From a virus (lineage: Duplodnaviria > Caudoviricetes): DNA of 30,249 bases. The notes below the pieces were generated by a model. The model did no database searches and had not been told where the DNA came from. It saw only the letters and a program-made list of their open reading frames with translations. Positions 18,270-25,263 of the stretch are shown here, piece by piece. Made by a program: the position numbers and the translations under genes. Location: the IMG/VR virus record IMGVR_UViG_3300016476_000331, positions 1 through 30,249 of that record. One strand, 5' to 3'. The first letter of the stretch is position 1; each line of letters starts with the position of its first letter.

Positions 18270-18330
18270 TGGTGAGTTTTTCTCCTAAGCCCTTGTCACT
18301 GTTGAGTTTTTGTAGGCGTAGAATCGGATT

Positions 18331-18349
18331 TGTGCCATTTTTGTGACAC
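18331..18349 (+). repeat. Right pair of integrase arm-type direct repeats
   Basis: TGTGCCAT (18331) and TGTGACAC (18342), 11-bp period, same orientation as the left pair. Confidence 0.65.
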
Positions 18350-18364
18350 AAACAAGGTTTCAGT

Positions 18365-18441
18365 GGTGGCTGTAGCTCAGTTGGTAGAGCCCTGGATTGT
18401 GATTCCAGCCGTCGTGGGTTCGAGTCCCATCAGCCACCCCA
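18365..18441 (+). tRNA. tRNA-His (GTG), complete with G-1 and encoded CCA
   Basis: GGTGGCTGTAGCTCAGTTGGTAGAGC-CCTGGA-TTGTGAT-TCCAG-CCGTC-GTGGG-TTCGAGT-CCCAT-CAGCCAC-CCCA folds as a cloverleaf and is close to proteobacterial tRNA-His. Confidence 0.97.
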
Positions 18442-18446
18442 TTTCT

Positions 18447-19403
18447 TCACAGCCCGACCCTTTCCGCTGCCGCGGCCAGGTGCTCGGGCGAGAGGTGGGC
18501 ATAACGCTGCACCATCTCATGCGAGTGCCATCCCCCCAGCTCCTGCAGCACTGACAATGGCGTCCCGGCCATCGCGTGCCAGCTTGCCCAGGTGTGGCGC
18601 AGGTCGTGGAATCTGAAGCCAGGCACGCCAGCGCGCTTGCAAGCCGCCTCCCAGGTGTTGGCCCACACCCGCGTCATATCGCCCCATACGCGGCCTGTGC
18701 GGGGCTCTGGTAGCGATGCCAACAGCTCCCTGGCCTGACTGTTCAATGGCACCACAATGCGATGCCCAGCTTTGGCCTCGTCGGCCTCCACAACCGCCAC
18801 CCCACGCTCCAAGTCCACCTTCTCCCAAGTCAGGCCAAAAACATTCGATCTTCTCAACCCGGTGAGCAAAGCGAAACGGACTGGCATCCGATACTTTTCC
18901 GGGAGATTTGCGATCAAAACCTCAGCTTGCTCGCGTGACAGAAATGCGACACGACGCTTGGGCTCTGCCTCGGACTTGAGGACGGGGGCGCGGTCCAGCC
19001 AATCCCAATCGCGCTCGGCAGAACGCAACATGGCCCGCACCAGAGCGCGGTACCGGTTCCTGGTGCTTCCGGTCACGTCCTGGGGAAGTGCCTCCTCGAT
19101 GTCGTCGCGGGTGATGTCGGCAAGTTGCTTGGCCCCCAGCTTGGGCAGGAAATAGTTGATCTTGTCCTGATCCTCGCTGATTGACTTCTTATGGCCGCGC
19201 TCTGTGAGCCAGCGCGCACAGGCGTCCTTGAAGGTCTTCTTGGGGCGAGCCTTGAGAACCTTGCCCTGCCACAGCTCGGCCCTGCGAATGTCGTACAGGT
19301 TCTGCGCTTGCTTTTTGTCGTTGGTCTTGAGTGATTCCCGGATGCGAACGCCATTGATTTGAACGTCCATCCAGTACACGTCGCCGCGAAGTTTGATAGC
19401 CAT
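18447..19403 (-). CDS. int: Tyrosine recombinase (phage integrase)
   Basis: TGLRRSNV (R), EAKAG (K), FHDLRHTWAS (HxxR), LGGW (W), RYAH (Y). ATG 19403 follows SD AAAAGGA. Confidence 0.95.
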   Translation of the reverse strand: MAIKLRGDVYWMDVQINGVRIRESLKTNDKKQAQNLYDIRRAELWQGKVLKARPKKTFKDACARWLTERGHKKSISEDQDKINYFLPKLGAKQLADITRDDIEEALPQDVTGSTRNRYRALVRAMLRSAERDWDWLDRAPVLKSEAEPKRRVAFLSREQAEVLIANLPEKYRMPVRFALLTGLRRSNVFGLTWEKVDLERGVAVVEADEAKAGHRIVVPLNSQARELLASLPEPRTGRVWGDMTRVWANTWEAACKRAGVPGFRFHDLRHTWASWHAMAGTPLSVLQELGGWHSHEMVQRYAHLSPEHLAAAAERVGL

Positions 19404-19442
19404 GTCGTGGGTTCCTTTTGGTTCGTTTGTCCATATATGGTG

Positions 19443-19471
19443 AGAATAGCGCAACATTTAAGCGATGGCAA
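19443..19471 (-). promoter_or_regulatory. Putative sigma70 promoter of int
   Basis: Minus strand TTGCCA - 17 nt - TATTCT. Confidence 0.6.
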
Positions 19472-19478
19472 CAGATTT

Positions 19479-19958
19479 TTATGGCACGCCGACGCCCCAC
19501 AGGGCGATCAGCCCAGCCTCAGCCTTTCCGTCGTCCTTCACGCGCTTGAATTCCCCGGCGTGCGCTGGCCAGACCTGGGCAGCCTTGGCCCTGGCCGCGT
19601 CCTTGCCGCCGTTGAGCTTCATGTCCTTCTTCCACTTGGCTGGTGTCACCGTCTGCGTGGGGATGGCCAGCCCGGCCATGACGCCCAGGACGATGCCGAA
19701 GGCCTGGCCGAAGGCGAACATGGAGCTTACCCCCTGGCCAGGCATGGCGCCCACCTGCTCAACGTAGGCGACGGCGCCCTGGTCTGCGTACAGGCGCAGC
19801 TCCGCGGCCAGCATTTCGGGGCTCACGCGGCGCTTGGCCTTGCCCCCACTGATCACCTCCACGCTGGGCATATCGAACACATGCACCAGCTTGCCGGTGT
19901 CCTCGAGGATGGCGATCGCGCCCGCTGCGCCGGGATCGACGCCGATGATGAAATTCAT
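19479..19958 (-). CDS. RuvC-like Holliday junction resolvase
   Basis: IIGVDPG, YVEQV, GVSSMFAFG, TPAKWKK, DDGKAEA acidic motifs. Confidence 0.85.
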   Translation of the reverse strand: MNFIIGVDPGAAGAIAILEDTGKLVHVFDMPSVEVISGGKAKRRVSPEMLAAELRLYADQGAVAYVEQVGAMPGQGVSSMFAFGQAFGIVLGVMAGLAIPTQTVTPAKWKKDMKLNGGKDAARAKAAQVWPAHAGEFKRVKDDGKAEAGLIALWGVGVP

Positions 19959-20350
19959 TGCTGCTCTTCTTTCTTTCTCATGGCCCGCAGCTGTGCGCGT
20001 GACAGGCCCAGGTTGAACACACTGTTGGCCCGCAGCTTGAGCTGCGACCGCGCCCAGTACCGGCGCTTGATTTCTTTCTTGTCGGACTCTGGCCGCTTGG
20101 CATTGGGCTTGTCGCCTATGGCATACACGGCCCGCGGATATGTCCGCTCGCCCTCCATGTCGTAGACGTACTCCCTGACGTAAATGCGCCTGCCCGCGAC
20201 GGGCGAGCGCTTGTTGAGGCGAGAGACGACGGCGGCGATCTCGTCTTTGGGGCGGCCCAGGCGCTTGCAGATCTCCGCACGCGTCATCGGGCCCTCCTCA
20301 TCCAGCAGGCGCATGATCTCTTTGACAATGGCACCGCGCTCGACTTTCAT
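19955..20350 (-). CDS. Winged-helix DNA-binding protein
   Basis: ATG 20350 overlaps the upstream stop. GPMTRAEICKRLG...AAVVSRL is HTH-like. Confidence 0.65.
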   Translation of the reverse strand: MKVERGAIVKEIMRLLDEEGPMTRAEICKRLGRPKDEIAAVVSRLNKRSPVAGRRIYVREYVYDMEGERTYPRAVYAIGDKPNAKRPESDKKEIKRRYWARSQLKLRANSVFNLGLSRAQLRAMRKKEEQQ

Positions 20351-20523
20351 TTTTTCCTCAACGCCTTTCGTGTCCAGCACGCGGCGCAGATCCAACGACC
20401 GCGCCCCATGTCCATGCCGCCCTCGGGCGGCTTCTTGGTTTCGCACTTGTCGCACGTCTTGAAGCGGTGCGCGGGCTGCGCCACGTTGCCCTTAAGGTTG
20501 ATGCTTTGCTTGACGAAACTCAC
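20347..20523 (-). CDS. Small Zn-finger-like protein
   Basis: CDKC...CAAC. The GTG at 20523 overlaps the stop of the upstream ORF (GTGA). Confidence 0.65.
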   Translation of the reverse strand: MSFVKQSINLKGNVAQPAHRFKTCDKCETKKPPEGGMDMGRGRWICAACWTRKALRKK

Positions 20524-20651
20524 AGCGCGTTCCACCCCAACATGAAAATCAAATACCAGGCCTTGAGGAACAGGCCGATGAGTGCAAGGGCCACGCCAAA
20601 GATCAGGTAACTGATCAGCAGCGTTGGCACGACTTCAGTGAACCATCTCAT
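20520..20651 (-). CDS. 43-aa hydrophobic membrane peptide (not in ORF track)
   Basis: MRWFTEVVPTLLISYLIFGVALALIGLFLKAWYLIFMLGWNAL*. 4-nt overlaps at both ends and SD GGAGG. Confidence 0.7.
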   Translation of the reverse strand: MRWFTEVVPTLLISYLIFGVALALIGLFLKAWYLIFMLGWNAL

Positions 20652-21838
20652 GCGCCACCTCCGATCTTCTTCATTGCCTCGACCGCGGCTGCAGTCTTCT
20701 TGCGCAGCTCGCGCTTGGGCGGCGCGTCAGGCTTGACAGGGATGTCGTCGGGGTGCGTGGCCAGCTCCTCGAGCCAGTCCATGTGCACGCCGCCGCTGAC
20801 CATCGTGCTGCCGGGGATCTGCTGCTTGATCTCGGCCACCTGAGTGAGCAGCTCACCAGGGCAGCTGTGCAGCTCTTTGCTTGAAAAGTGCGGGCCGTAG
20901 CCGGTGCAGGGGCCCGTCGAGTTGCTGAAGTGCACGCCCGTGACCTTGTGCTTGTACGCAATCCACGTCTCGCCACCGTCCACAGGCTCGCCGTAGGGCA
21001 CCAGCGTGGGAATCATCAGGTGATCGTTGCAGGCCTGGCGCTGCATCTCGGTGGTGATCTCCGCGTTGTGGTGCTGGCACTGCCATGCGGCATTCTCAAC
21101 AGGCGTGGCGTGGCAGCAGGTGCGGCAGTTGACCTCGGCGGCCACGCCACCGTGGCAGTGCTTCCACATGCTGCACATCTTGCAGACGTAGTAGGCCGGA
21201 TCTTCGCTCAGCTTCACCGGCGGGTTCGGGGCCTCGATCAGGTACTCGGCCTTGAGCTTGAGCGCGATGAATCGGTCTTTGTCGAAGTGGACCCACTCGG
21301 TGTACACGTCGTCGGTGTTCTTGTTGACGCCCATGTAGAGGGCGCGATCGATCTCCATGAGGCCCATGTAGACCTGCATCTGGTCGTAGTGCTGGGGCTT
21401 GGCCACCTGCACCTTATTCTTCACCAAATCCTGGTGGGACTTGTCGCTGTGCGTCTTGAACTCCAGCACGCACACGCTCTTGGGGGCCTCGGGCACGCCC
21501 TTGGCCACGCCGTCCAGGCTGCCGCCGAAGTGGCCGTTGCAGGCGCGGACCTCCCACTGCTTGCCGGTCTGCGGATCTGTGTCCCAGACCTCCGCGCCGA
21601 TGCCGCGCAGTTCCTCGATCAGGCGGGCCTCTTCGCGCTTGCCGGTGTCGAACAGGCGCAGGATGCGGCCGGGGAACTCGGGCTTGAGCGCCCAGCGCCA
21701 GGTCAGCCAGATGTAGCGCTCGCACTCATGGCCGATCAGGGACGCGCCCATGTGCGGGCGGTGCTCCTGCGGCTTGGATTCGTACCAGCGGACGATCGCC
21801 GCGCTGGTGGTGTGTTGTGATTCAGGTAGGGCTGCCAT
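20648..21838 (-). CDS. Cas4-like / PD-(D/E)XK exonuclease
   Basis: GASLIGHECER, GSLDG, LEFKT and QMQVYM motifs. Split Cys ligands C...CKMCSMWKHC, plus an extra CRTC...C...C-H cluster. Confidence 0.85.
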   Translation of the reverse strand: MAALPESQHTTSAAIVRWYESKPQEHRPHMGASLIGHECERYIWLTWRWALKPEFPGRILRLFDTGKREEARLIEELRGIGAEVWDTDPQTGKQWEVRACNGHFGGSLDGVAKGVPEAPKSVCVLEFKTHSDKSHQDLVKNKVQVAKPQHYDQMQVYMGLMEIDRALYMGVNKNTDDVYTEWVHFDKDRFIALKLKAEYLIEAPNPPVKLSEDPAYYVCKMCSMWKHCHGGVAAEVNCRTCCHATPVENAAWQCQHHNAEITTEMQRQACNDHLMIPTLVPYGEPVDGGETWIAYKHKVTGVHFSNSTGPCTGYGPHFSSKELHSCPGELLTQVAEIKQQIPGSTMVSGGVHMDWLEELATHPDDIPVKPDAPPKRELRKKTAAAVEAMKKIGGGA

Positions 21839-22124
21839 CGCTCTCGCCATTCAATTTGTTGATCAGTGCCTGCGTCTGCTGGTGCCATTTGAGGGAAATC
21901 ATTGGCATCCCGCAAAAGTGAATGCCTTTCTTGCTTTCCTCAAAAGCATCAAGCAACAACTCCAGCAGTTCTGGCGCGGCCGCGATGAGCCGAGCGTTCG
22001 TGCTGTATGGATGCTTGTAGCCTCTCAGGGTTGCGATGCTTTTGTCGTTGTTGGCCATGATGTGAATGACGCCACCAAATGTCTTGAGGGTCGTCCACGG
22101 GCCTGGAGTGTGTTTTGTTGCCAT
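21822..22124 (-). CDS. Phage hypothetical protein (KHTPGPW...NARLIAAAPELLE family)
   Basis: Both signature motifs of this common phage early-gene family are present. Confidence 0.8.
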   Translation of the reverse strand: MATKHTPGPWTTLKTFGGVIHIMANNDKSIATLRGYKHPYSTNARLIAAAPELLELLLDAFEESKKGIHFCGMPMISLKWHQQTQALINKLNGESDGSPT

Positions 22125-22140
22125 CGTTGTCTCAAAAGGT

Positions 22141-22218
22141 GGGGCCTACTCGCTGCGTCTGGTGCATATGACGGACGCCTCCTAAAAGGCATCACTCCCA
22201 GCATCCGCTTTCGGCCCC
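22141..22218 (-). ncRNA. Candidate structured RNA motif
   Basis: Minus strand GGGGCC-GAAAGCGGATGCTGG...CCAGACGCAGCGAGTA-GGCCCC with nested stems. Fills the intergenic gap. Confidence 0.6.
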
Positions 22219-22223
22219 GTTGA

Positions 22224-22433
22224 TTACTGTCGTCCGAACCAGCTTTCCATCGTTCTGATGGAGCTTTTCAATTCGGTTTCGGAGGGCCTCGACTTGTTGT
22301 AAGTCTTCAGCGCCTTCGCGTGGTCTTTCCTGTAGTTGCGGACCTCTTGGATGCTGCCGCCGCTCTTAATGTACGGTGGTAACTGTTCAACAAGGGGGCG
22401 CAACACATCCTTGAGAGCCGCACTCAAGATCAC
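22224..22433 (-). CDS. Small basic hypothetical protein
   Basis: GTG at 22433 overlaps the SSB stop (GTGA); 69 aa. Confidence 0.6.
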   Translation of the reverse strand: MILSAALKDVLRPLVEQLPPYIKSGGSIQEVRNYRKDHAKALKTYNKSRPSETELKSSIRTMESWFGRQ

Positions 22434-22918
22434 TTCTCCCAGGGCTTGCGGGCCGGTGCTGCGGCCGCCGGGGCGGGCGCTGCGGGGCGCGCTGCAGGTG
22501 CTGCGGGCTTGGCTGCAGCCGGTGCGACACCGGCGCTCAGGTAGCCCACGATGCGGTTGCGCTCGGGATCTTTGCGGTCGATCTCGACGTTGGCCACGAA
22601 GGGGATGTCGTGCAGCTGCACGGTGTCGTCCATGTCGGTGACGCCCACAGCAAAGCACAGGGCCGCGAGCGCTTCCTTGGCGATCTCCTCGGCCTGCTTG
22701 TTGGGGTTGTCCACGTTCAGGCGCTCCCAGTGGCGGCGGCCGCTGTGCTCGCCAGCGATGACCTGCATCTCCAGCTCGAGGTAGTGGCCGGTGCCGGCCT
22801 TGGTCGGCTTCACGTCCGACTTGACGATCATCATGTCGTAGGCGCCAGCGGGCAGGGGCCCATAGGTGCGCGGCTGCATCGGCTCGACAGAGTTGGCGTT
22901 GAAGTTAAAGGTTGCCAT
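22430..22918 (-). CDS. DUF669-type single-stranded DNA-binding protein
   Basis: PLPAGAY, TKAGTGHYLEL, WERLN motifs and an Ala/Pro tail ending in PW. Adjacent to the Sak4-like gene. Confidence 0.85.
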   Translation of the reverse strand: MATFNFNANSVEPMQPRTYGPLPAGAYDMMIVKSDVKPTKAGTGHYLELEMQVIAGEHSGRRHWERLNVDNPNKQAEEIAKEALAALCFAVGVTDMDDTVQLHDIPFVANVEIDRKDPERNRIVGYLSAGVAPAAAKPAAPAARPAAPAPAAAAPARKPWEK

Positions 22919-22928
22919 CGTTTGCTCC

Positions 22929-23684
22929 TTAGTTGGCAGGGGTGGTTGATGCGGTCAGAGCCGCGGCGAATGCTTCCCAGTCGAGAGGCATGTTTTTGAG
23001 GCCGAACCGATTGCCACCCATGTGCGCGGGGTGCGGTTCGACGTGGAGGATTCGCTTGCCGGTGGTGCGTGCTTTGACTTCCTTGTTGCCAAAGCCCGAG
23101 GCCGACTCGGTGGTCACGATCTGGTAGTTGGCCCAGCCGATCACGTCGGCCCACTCCTGCACCAGGGCGGCAGCGCGGTCGTGCAGCTTGAGGACGTACT
23201 GGTCGTAGCCGTCGTGCATGGGCGACTCAAAGTGCTTGATCTTGTCGTGCGCGATCAAGATCACGGCCATGTTCTTCTGCTGGCGCAGCTCCTCGAAACC
23301 GCTCAACAGGTTGCGCCACTCCTCCGCGGCCGCGATGTAGCCCTTGCCGTAGCCTGGCGCTTCGATGTTGGCCCACTTGTTCTCAGCGCAGACGTGCGCG
23401 TGCAGCAGGGGTTCGAGCCAGTCCAGCGAGTCGAGGAACACCGAGTTGAAACCGTGGTCCTCCTTGAGCAGCGTGCCGATTGCGGAATACACATCGGCAA
23501 GCGATAGGCACAACGGAAAGGCCGAAGCATCGACCGCATCGGCGCCATCCTCAGTGAGGATGCCGACCGCGTTGGGGGCCATCGCGGCGAAGGTCGTCTT
23601 GCCGATCTTGCCTGGGCCGGCGATGACGATCTTGGGGGCGCGCAGGCGCTTGGTGCGCGAAATGGATGAGAGATTAAAAGCCAT
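22929..23684 (-). CDS. sak4: Sak4-like ATPase (AAA_24), single-strand annealing recombinase
   Basis: GPGKIGKTT Walker A, VFLDSLDWLE Walker B, GYGKGY, LIAH, EWADVI motifs. Confidence 0.85.
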   Translation of the reverse strand: MAFNLSSISRTKRLRAPKIVIAGPGKIGKTTFAAMAPNAVGILTEDGADAVDASAFPLCLSLADVYSAIGTLLKEDHGFNSVFLDSLDWLEPLLHAHVCAENKWANIEAPGYGKGYIAAAEEWRNLLSGFEELRQQKNMAVILIAHDKIKHFESPMHDGYDQYVLKLHDRAAALVQEWADVIGWANYQIVTTESASGFGNKEVKARTTGKRILHVEPHPAHMGGNRFGLKNMPLDWEAFAAALTASTTPAN

Positions 23685-23686
23685 GT

Positions 23687-23989
23687 TCATTTCCTTTTGT
23701 AGGTTCGTGTGAGCCTGGCGTGGGCGCTCAGGCGAAGTGATTGTCGATACCCGACGGGCTCGATCAGGTGAGCGAACTTCTTGGCCAGGCCGCCCCACGC
23801 GTTGACGTGGTGAGGTTGGCCGATGCCGTAGCGCTCGACGCAGGCGCGGAAGTCCTCAAGCGCAAACTCCTCTGGGGCTTCAGTCTCAAGCCACCAGCGA
23901 AACGCAAGCCCGACTTCATCGGCCCACGCGGCAGCGTTGTCCAGCACCTGGTCGATGCCAGCATCACGCAGCTGTTGCCCGGTGCTCAT
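23687..23989 (-). CDS. Hypothetical protein
   Basis: ATG 23989 overlaps the upstream stop. MSTGQQLRDAGI...PHHVNAWGGL. Confidence 0.7.
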   Translation of the reverse strand: MSTGQQLRDAGIDQVLDNAAAWADEVGLAFRWWLETEAPEEFALEDFRACVERYGIGQPHHVNAWGGLAKKFAHLIEPVGYRQSLRLSAHARLTRTYKRK

Positions 23990-24372
23990 TCCTTGAACAC
24001 CACCTTGACGCCGGTCTTGGCTGGCGTGACGGTGACCGCCGGGGCGATCTGCCGCCAGGCATCGGGCGAGTGCTCGCGCAACGCCTTGAGGATGGATTCG
24101 TCGGCCTTGACCTCGGTCTTGATGGGCCGGGCCTCCTCGGGCCAGTTGGCCGTGAGCTCCTGCAGCTTGGCCACGTCGGCCTTGTAGGTAAGCTTGCCGG
24201 TCAGCGAGATCTTCACGCCCTGGGGCGTGGCGAACGTCTCCGAGCCTTCCTCGCGTGCAGGGTGCAGCGCCAGGATCTGATCCTCGACGCTCACGCGCTC
24301 TTTGCGCGCAGCGTCTTCCTTCTGTTTGGCGATCGACCACTTGTGGGCCAGGATGTCTATCTGTTCCATCAT
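23986..24372 (-). CDS. Hypothetical protein of the recombination module
   Basis: 128 aa, N-terminal coiled coil, good codon bias, coupled to neighbours. Confidence 0.75.
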   Translation of the reverse strand: MMEQIDILAHKWSIAKQKEDAARKERVSVEDQILALHPAREEGSETFATPQGVKISLTGKLTYKADVAKLQELTANWPEEARPIKTEVKADESILKALREHSPDAWRQIAPAVTVTPAKTGVKVVFKE

Positions 24373-24554
24373 TTTTTTTCCGTTGTTTTGGTGGTTGGAG
24401 GCAAACAGTCTTTTGGAAGATCGTCCGATCTCACAAATTCAAGGGTTGTGAAACGATGGTTGTTTGCGCACTCATAGCGGCGGCGTTTTGTGTGATCAGA
24501 CCGAGTTCGTGTTTCCAAAACGTCAGCCCAGGCGTTGCAGCGAGGACAATTCAT
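24369..24554 (-). CDS. NrdR-like / Ogr-like zinc-ribbon protein
   Basis: MNCPRC...VLETR...RRRYECANNHRFTTLE mirrors the NrdR N-terminal ribbon. No ATP-cone. Confidence 0.75.
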   Translation of the reverse strand: MNCPRCNAWADVLETRTRSDHTKRRRYECANNHRFTTLEFVRSDDLPKDCLPPTTKTTEKK

Positions 24555-24733
24555 TGTGAAAGCCCCATCACCAAGCATGCGGCAAAACCAACGCCAATGA
24601 AAGCAGCCAGCGCATAGCCAGCCCATCGTTCCCACCTTGGGATGCGGTAAGCCATCGGGCGCACAGAGGCGTAACCGTAGGTAAAGGTGCAGTCCGCAAG
24701 GGTGCGGGGGGTGGTGGTGTGGGAAGGTTTCAT
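24551..24733 (-). CDS. Small protein with C-terminal TM segment
   Basis: ATG 24733 after SD AGGAG. TPRTLADC motif and hydrophobic C-terminus. Confidence 0.65.
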   Translation of the reverse strand: MKPSHTTTPRTLADCTFTYGYASVRPMAYRIPRWERWAGYALAAFIGVGFAACLVMGLSQ

Positions 24734-24936
24734 TGGTGGGCTCCTGTCGTGTGGTGATTTCGTTCCAGCTCGGCGAACTGCCAGGTAAGGCTCTGGTACT
24801 TGCGCCAGAGCTCTGTGCTGCGCTCCTGGTCGCTGATGCAACCGTGGCGGCTGTACTTGACCTTTTCGTCCCAGCGCAAGGCGGCCGCTTTGGCCTCCTC
24901 GCGTTGTTGTTTGAGTTCTTCGATGGTCATGGCCAT
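24730..24936 (-). CDS. Hypothetical protein
   Basis: 68 aa ORF coupled to the downstream gene. Confidence 0.6.
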   Translation of the reverse strand: MAMTIEELKQQREEAKAAALRWDEKVKYSRHGCISDQERSTELWRKYQSLTWQFAELERNHHTTGAHQ

Positions 24937-24940
24937 GAGC

Positions 24941-25156
24941 TCAGGCCATCATCTTGTTGCGAAGCGATTCCTCGCGGATGCAGTCCACGCGCTCCATGTG
25001 GTGAGCGATGTGCTCGATGGCAGTGCGCAGACCTTCCAGGCTGCTTGCGTTGCGGGCCGCGTTAAGGATCTTGCTGACGGCCTCGGCGCGGTTGTTGGCG
25101 GTGTCCGACAGGAATGCTGTCAGCAGCTTGTCGTTGTGGTTCAGAGTGGTTTGCAT
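24941..25156 (-). CDS. Hypothetical protein, first gene of the leftward early operon
   Basis: ATG 25156 preceded by GGAGCAAACG. Confidence 0.6.
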   Translation of the reverse strand: MQTTLNHNDKLLTAFLSDTANNRAEAVSKILNAARNASSLEGLRTAIEHIAHHMERVDCIREESLRNKMMA

Positions 25157-25189
25157 CGTTTGCTCCATTGCGTTGTTGACAATGGAATG

Positions 25190-25218
25190 ATTACAACACA
25201 ACGATGCGAAAAACACAA
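25190..25218 (-). promoter_or_regulatory. Putative leftward early promoter with overlapping operator
   Basis: Minus strand TTGTGT - 17 nt - TGTAAT. Quasi-palindrome ATGCGAAAAACACAA at 25204-25218. Confidence 0.55.
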
Positions 25219-25263
25219 CAACCAAGCAAAAAAATCAGGATTAGTGAAAACCCCGACAAAAAT

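Noticed and set aside
18293-18324. Dedicated sigma70 promoter for the tRNA (TTGTCA or TTGAGT with TAGAAT)
   Set aside because: Spacers are 20 and 11 nt, outside the 16-18 range. A weak or activator-dependent promoter cannot be excluded.
18365-18441. tRNA as a host gene marking a prophage boundary (attL/attR)
   Set aside because: Phage genes continue on both sides (lysis left; int and early genes right), so it is phage-borne.
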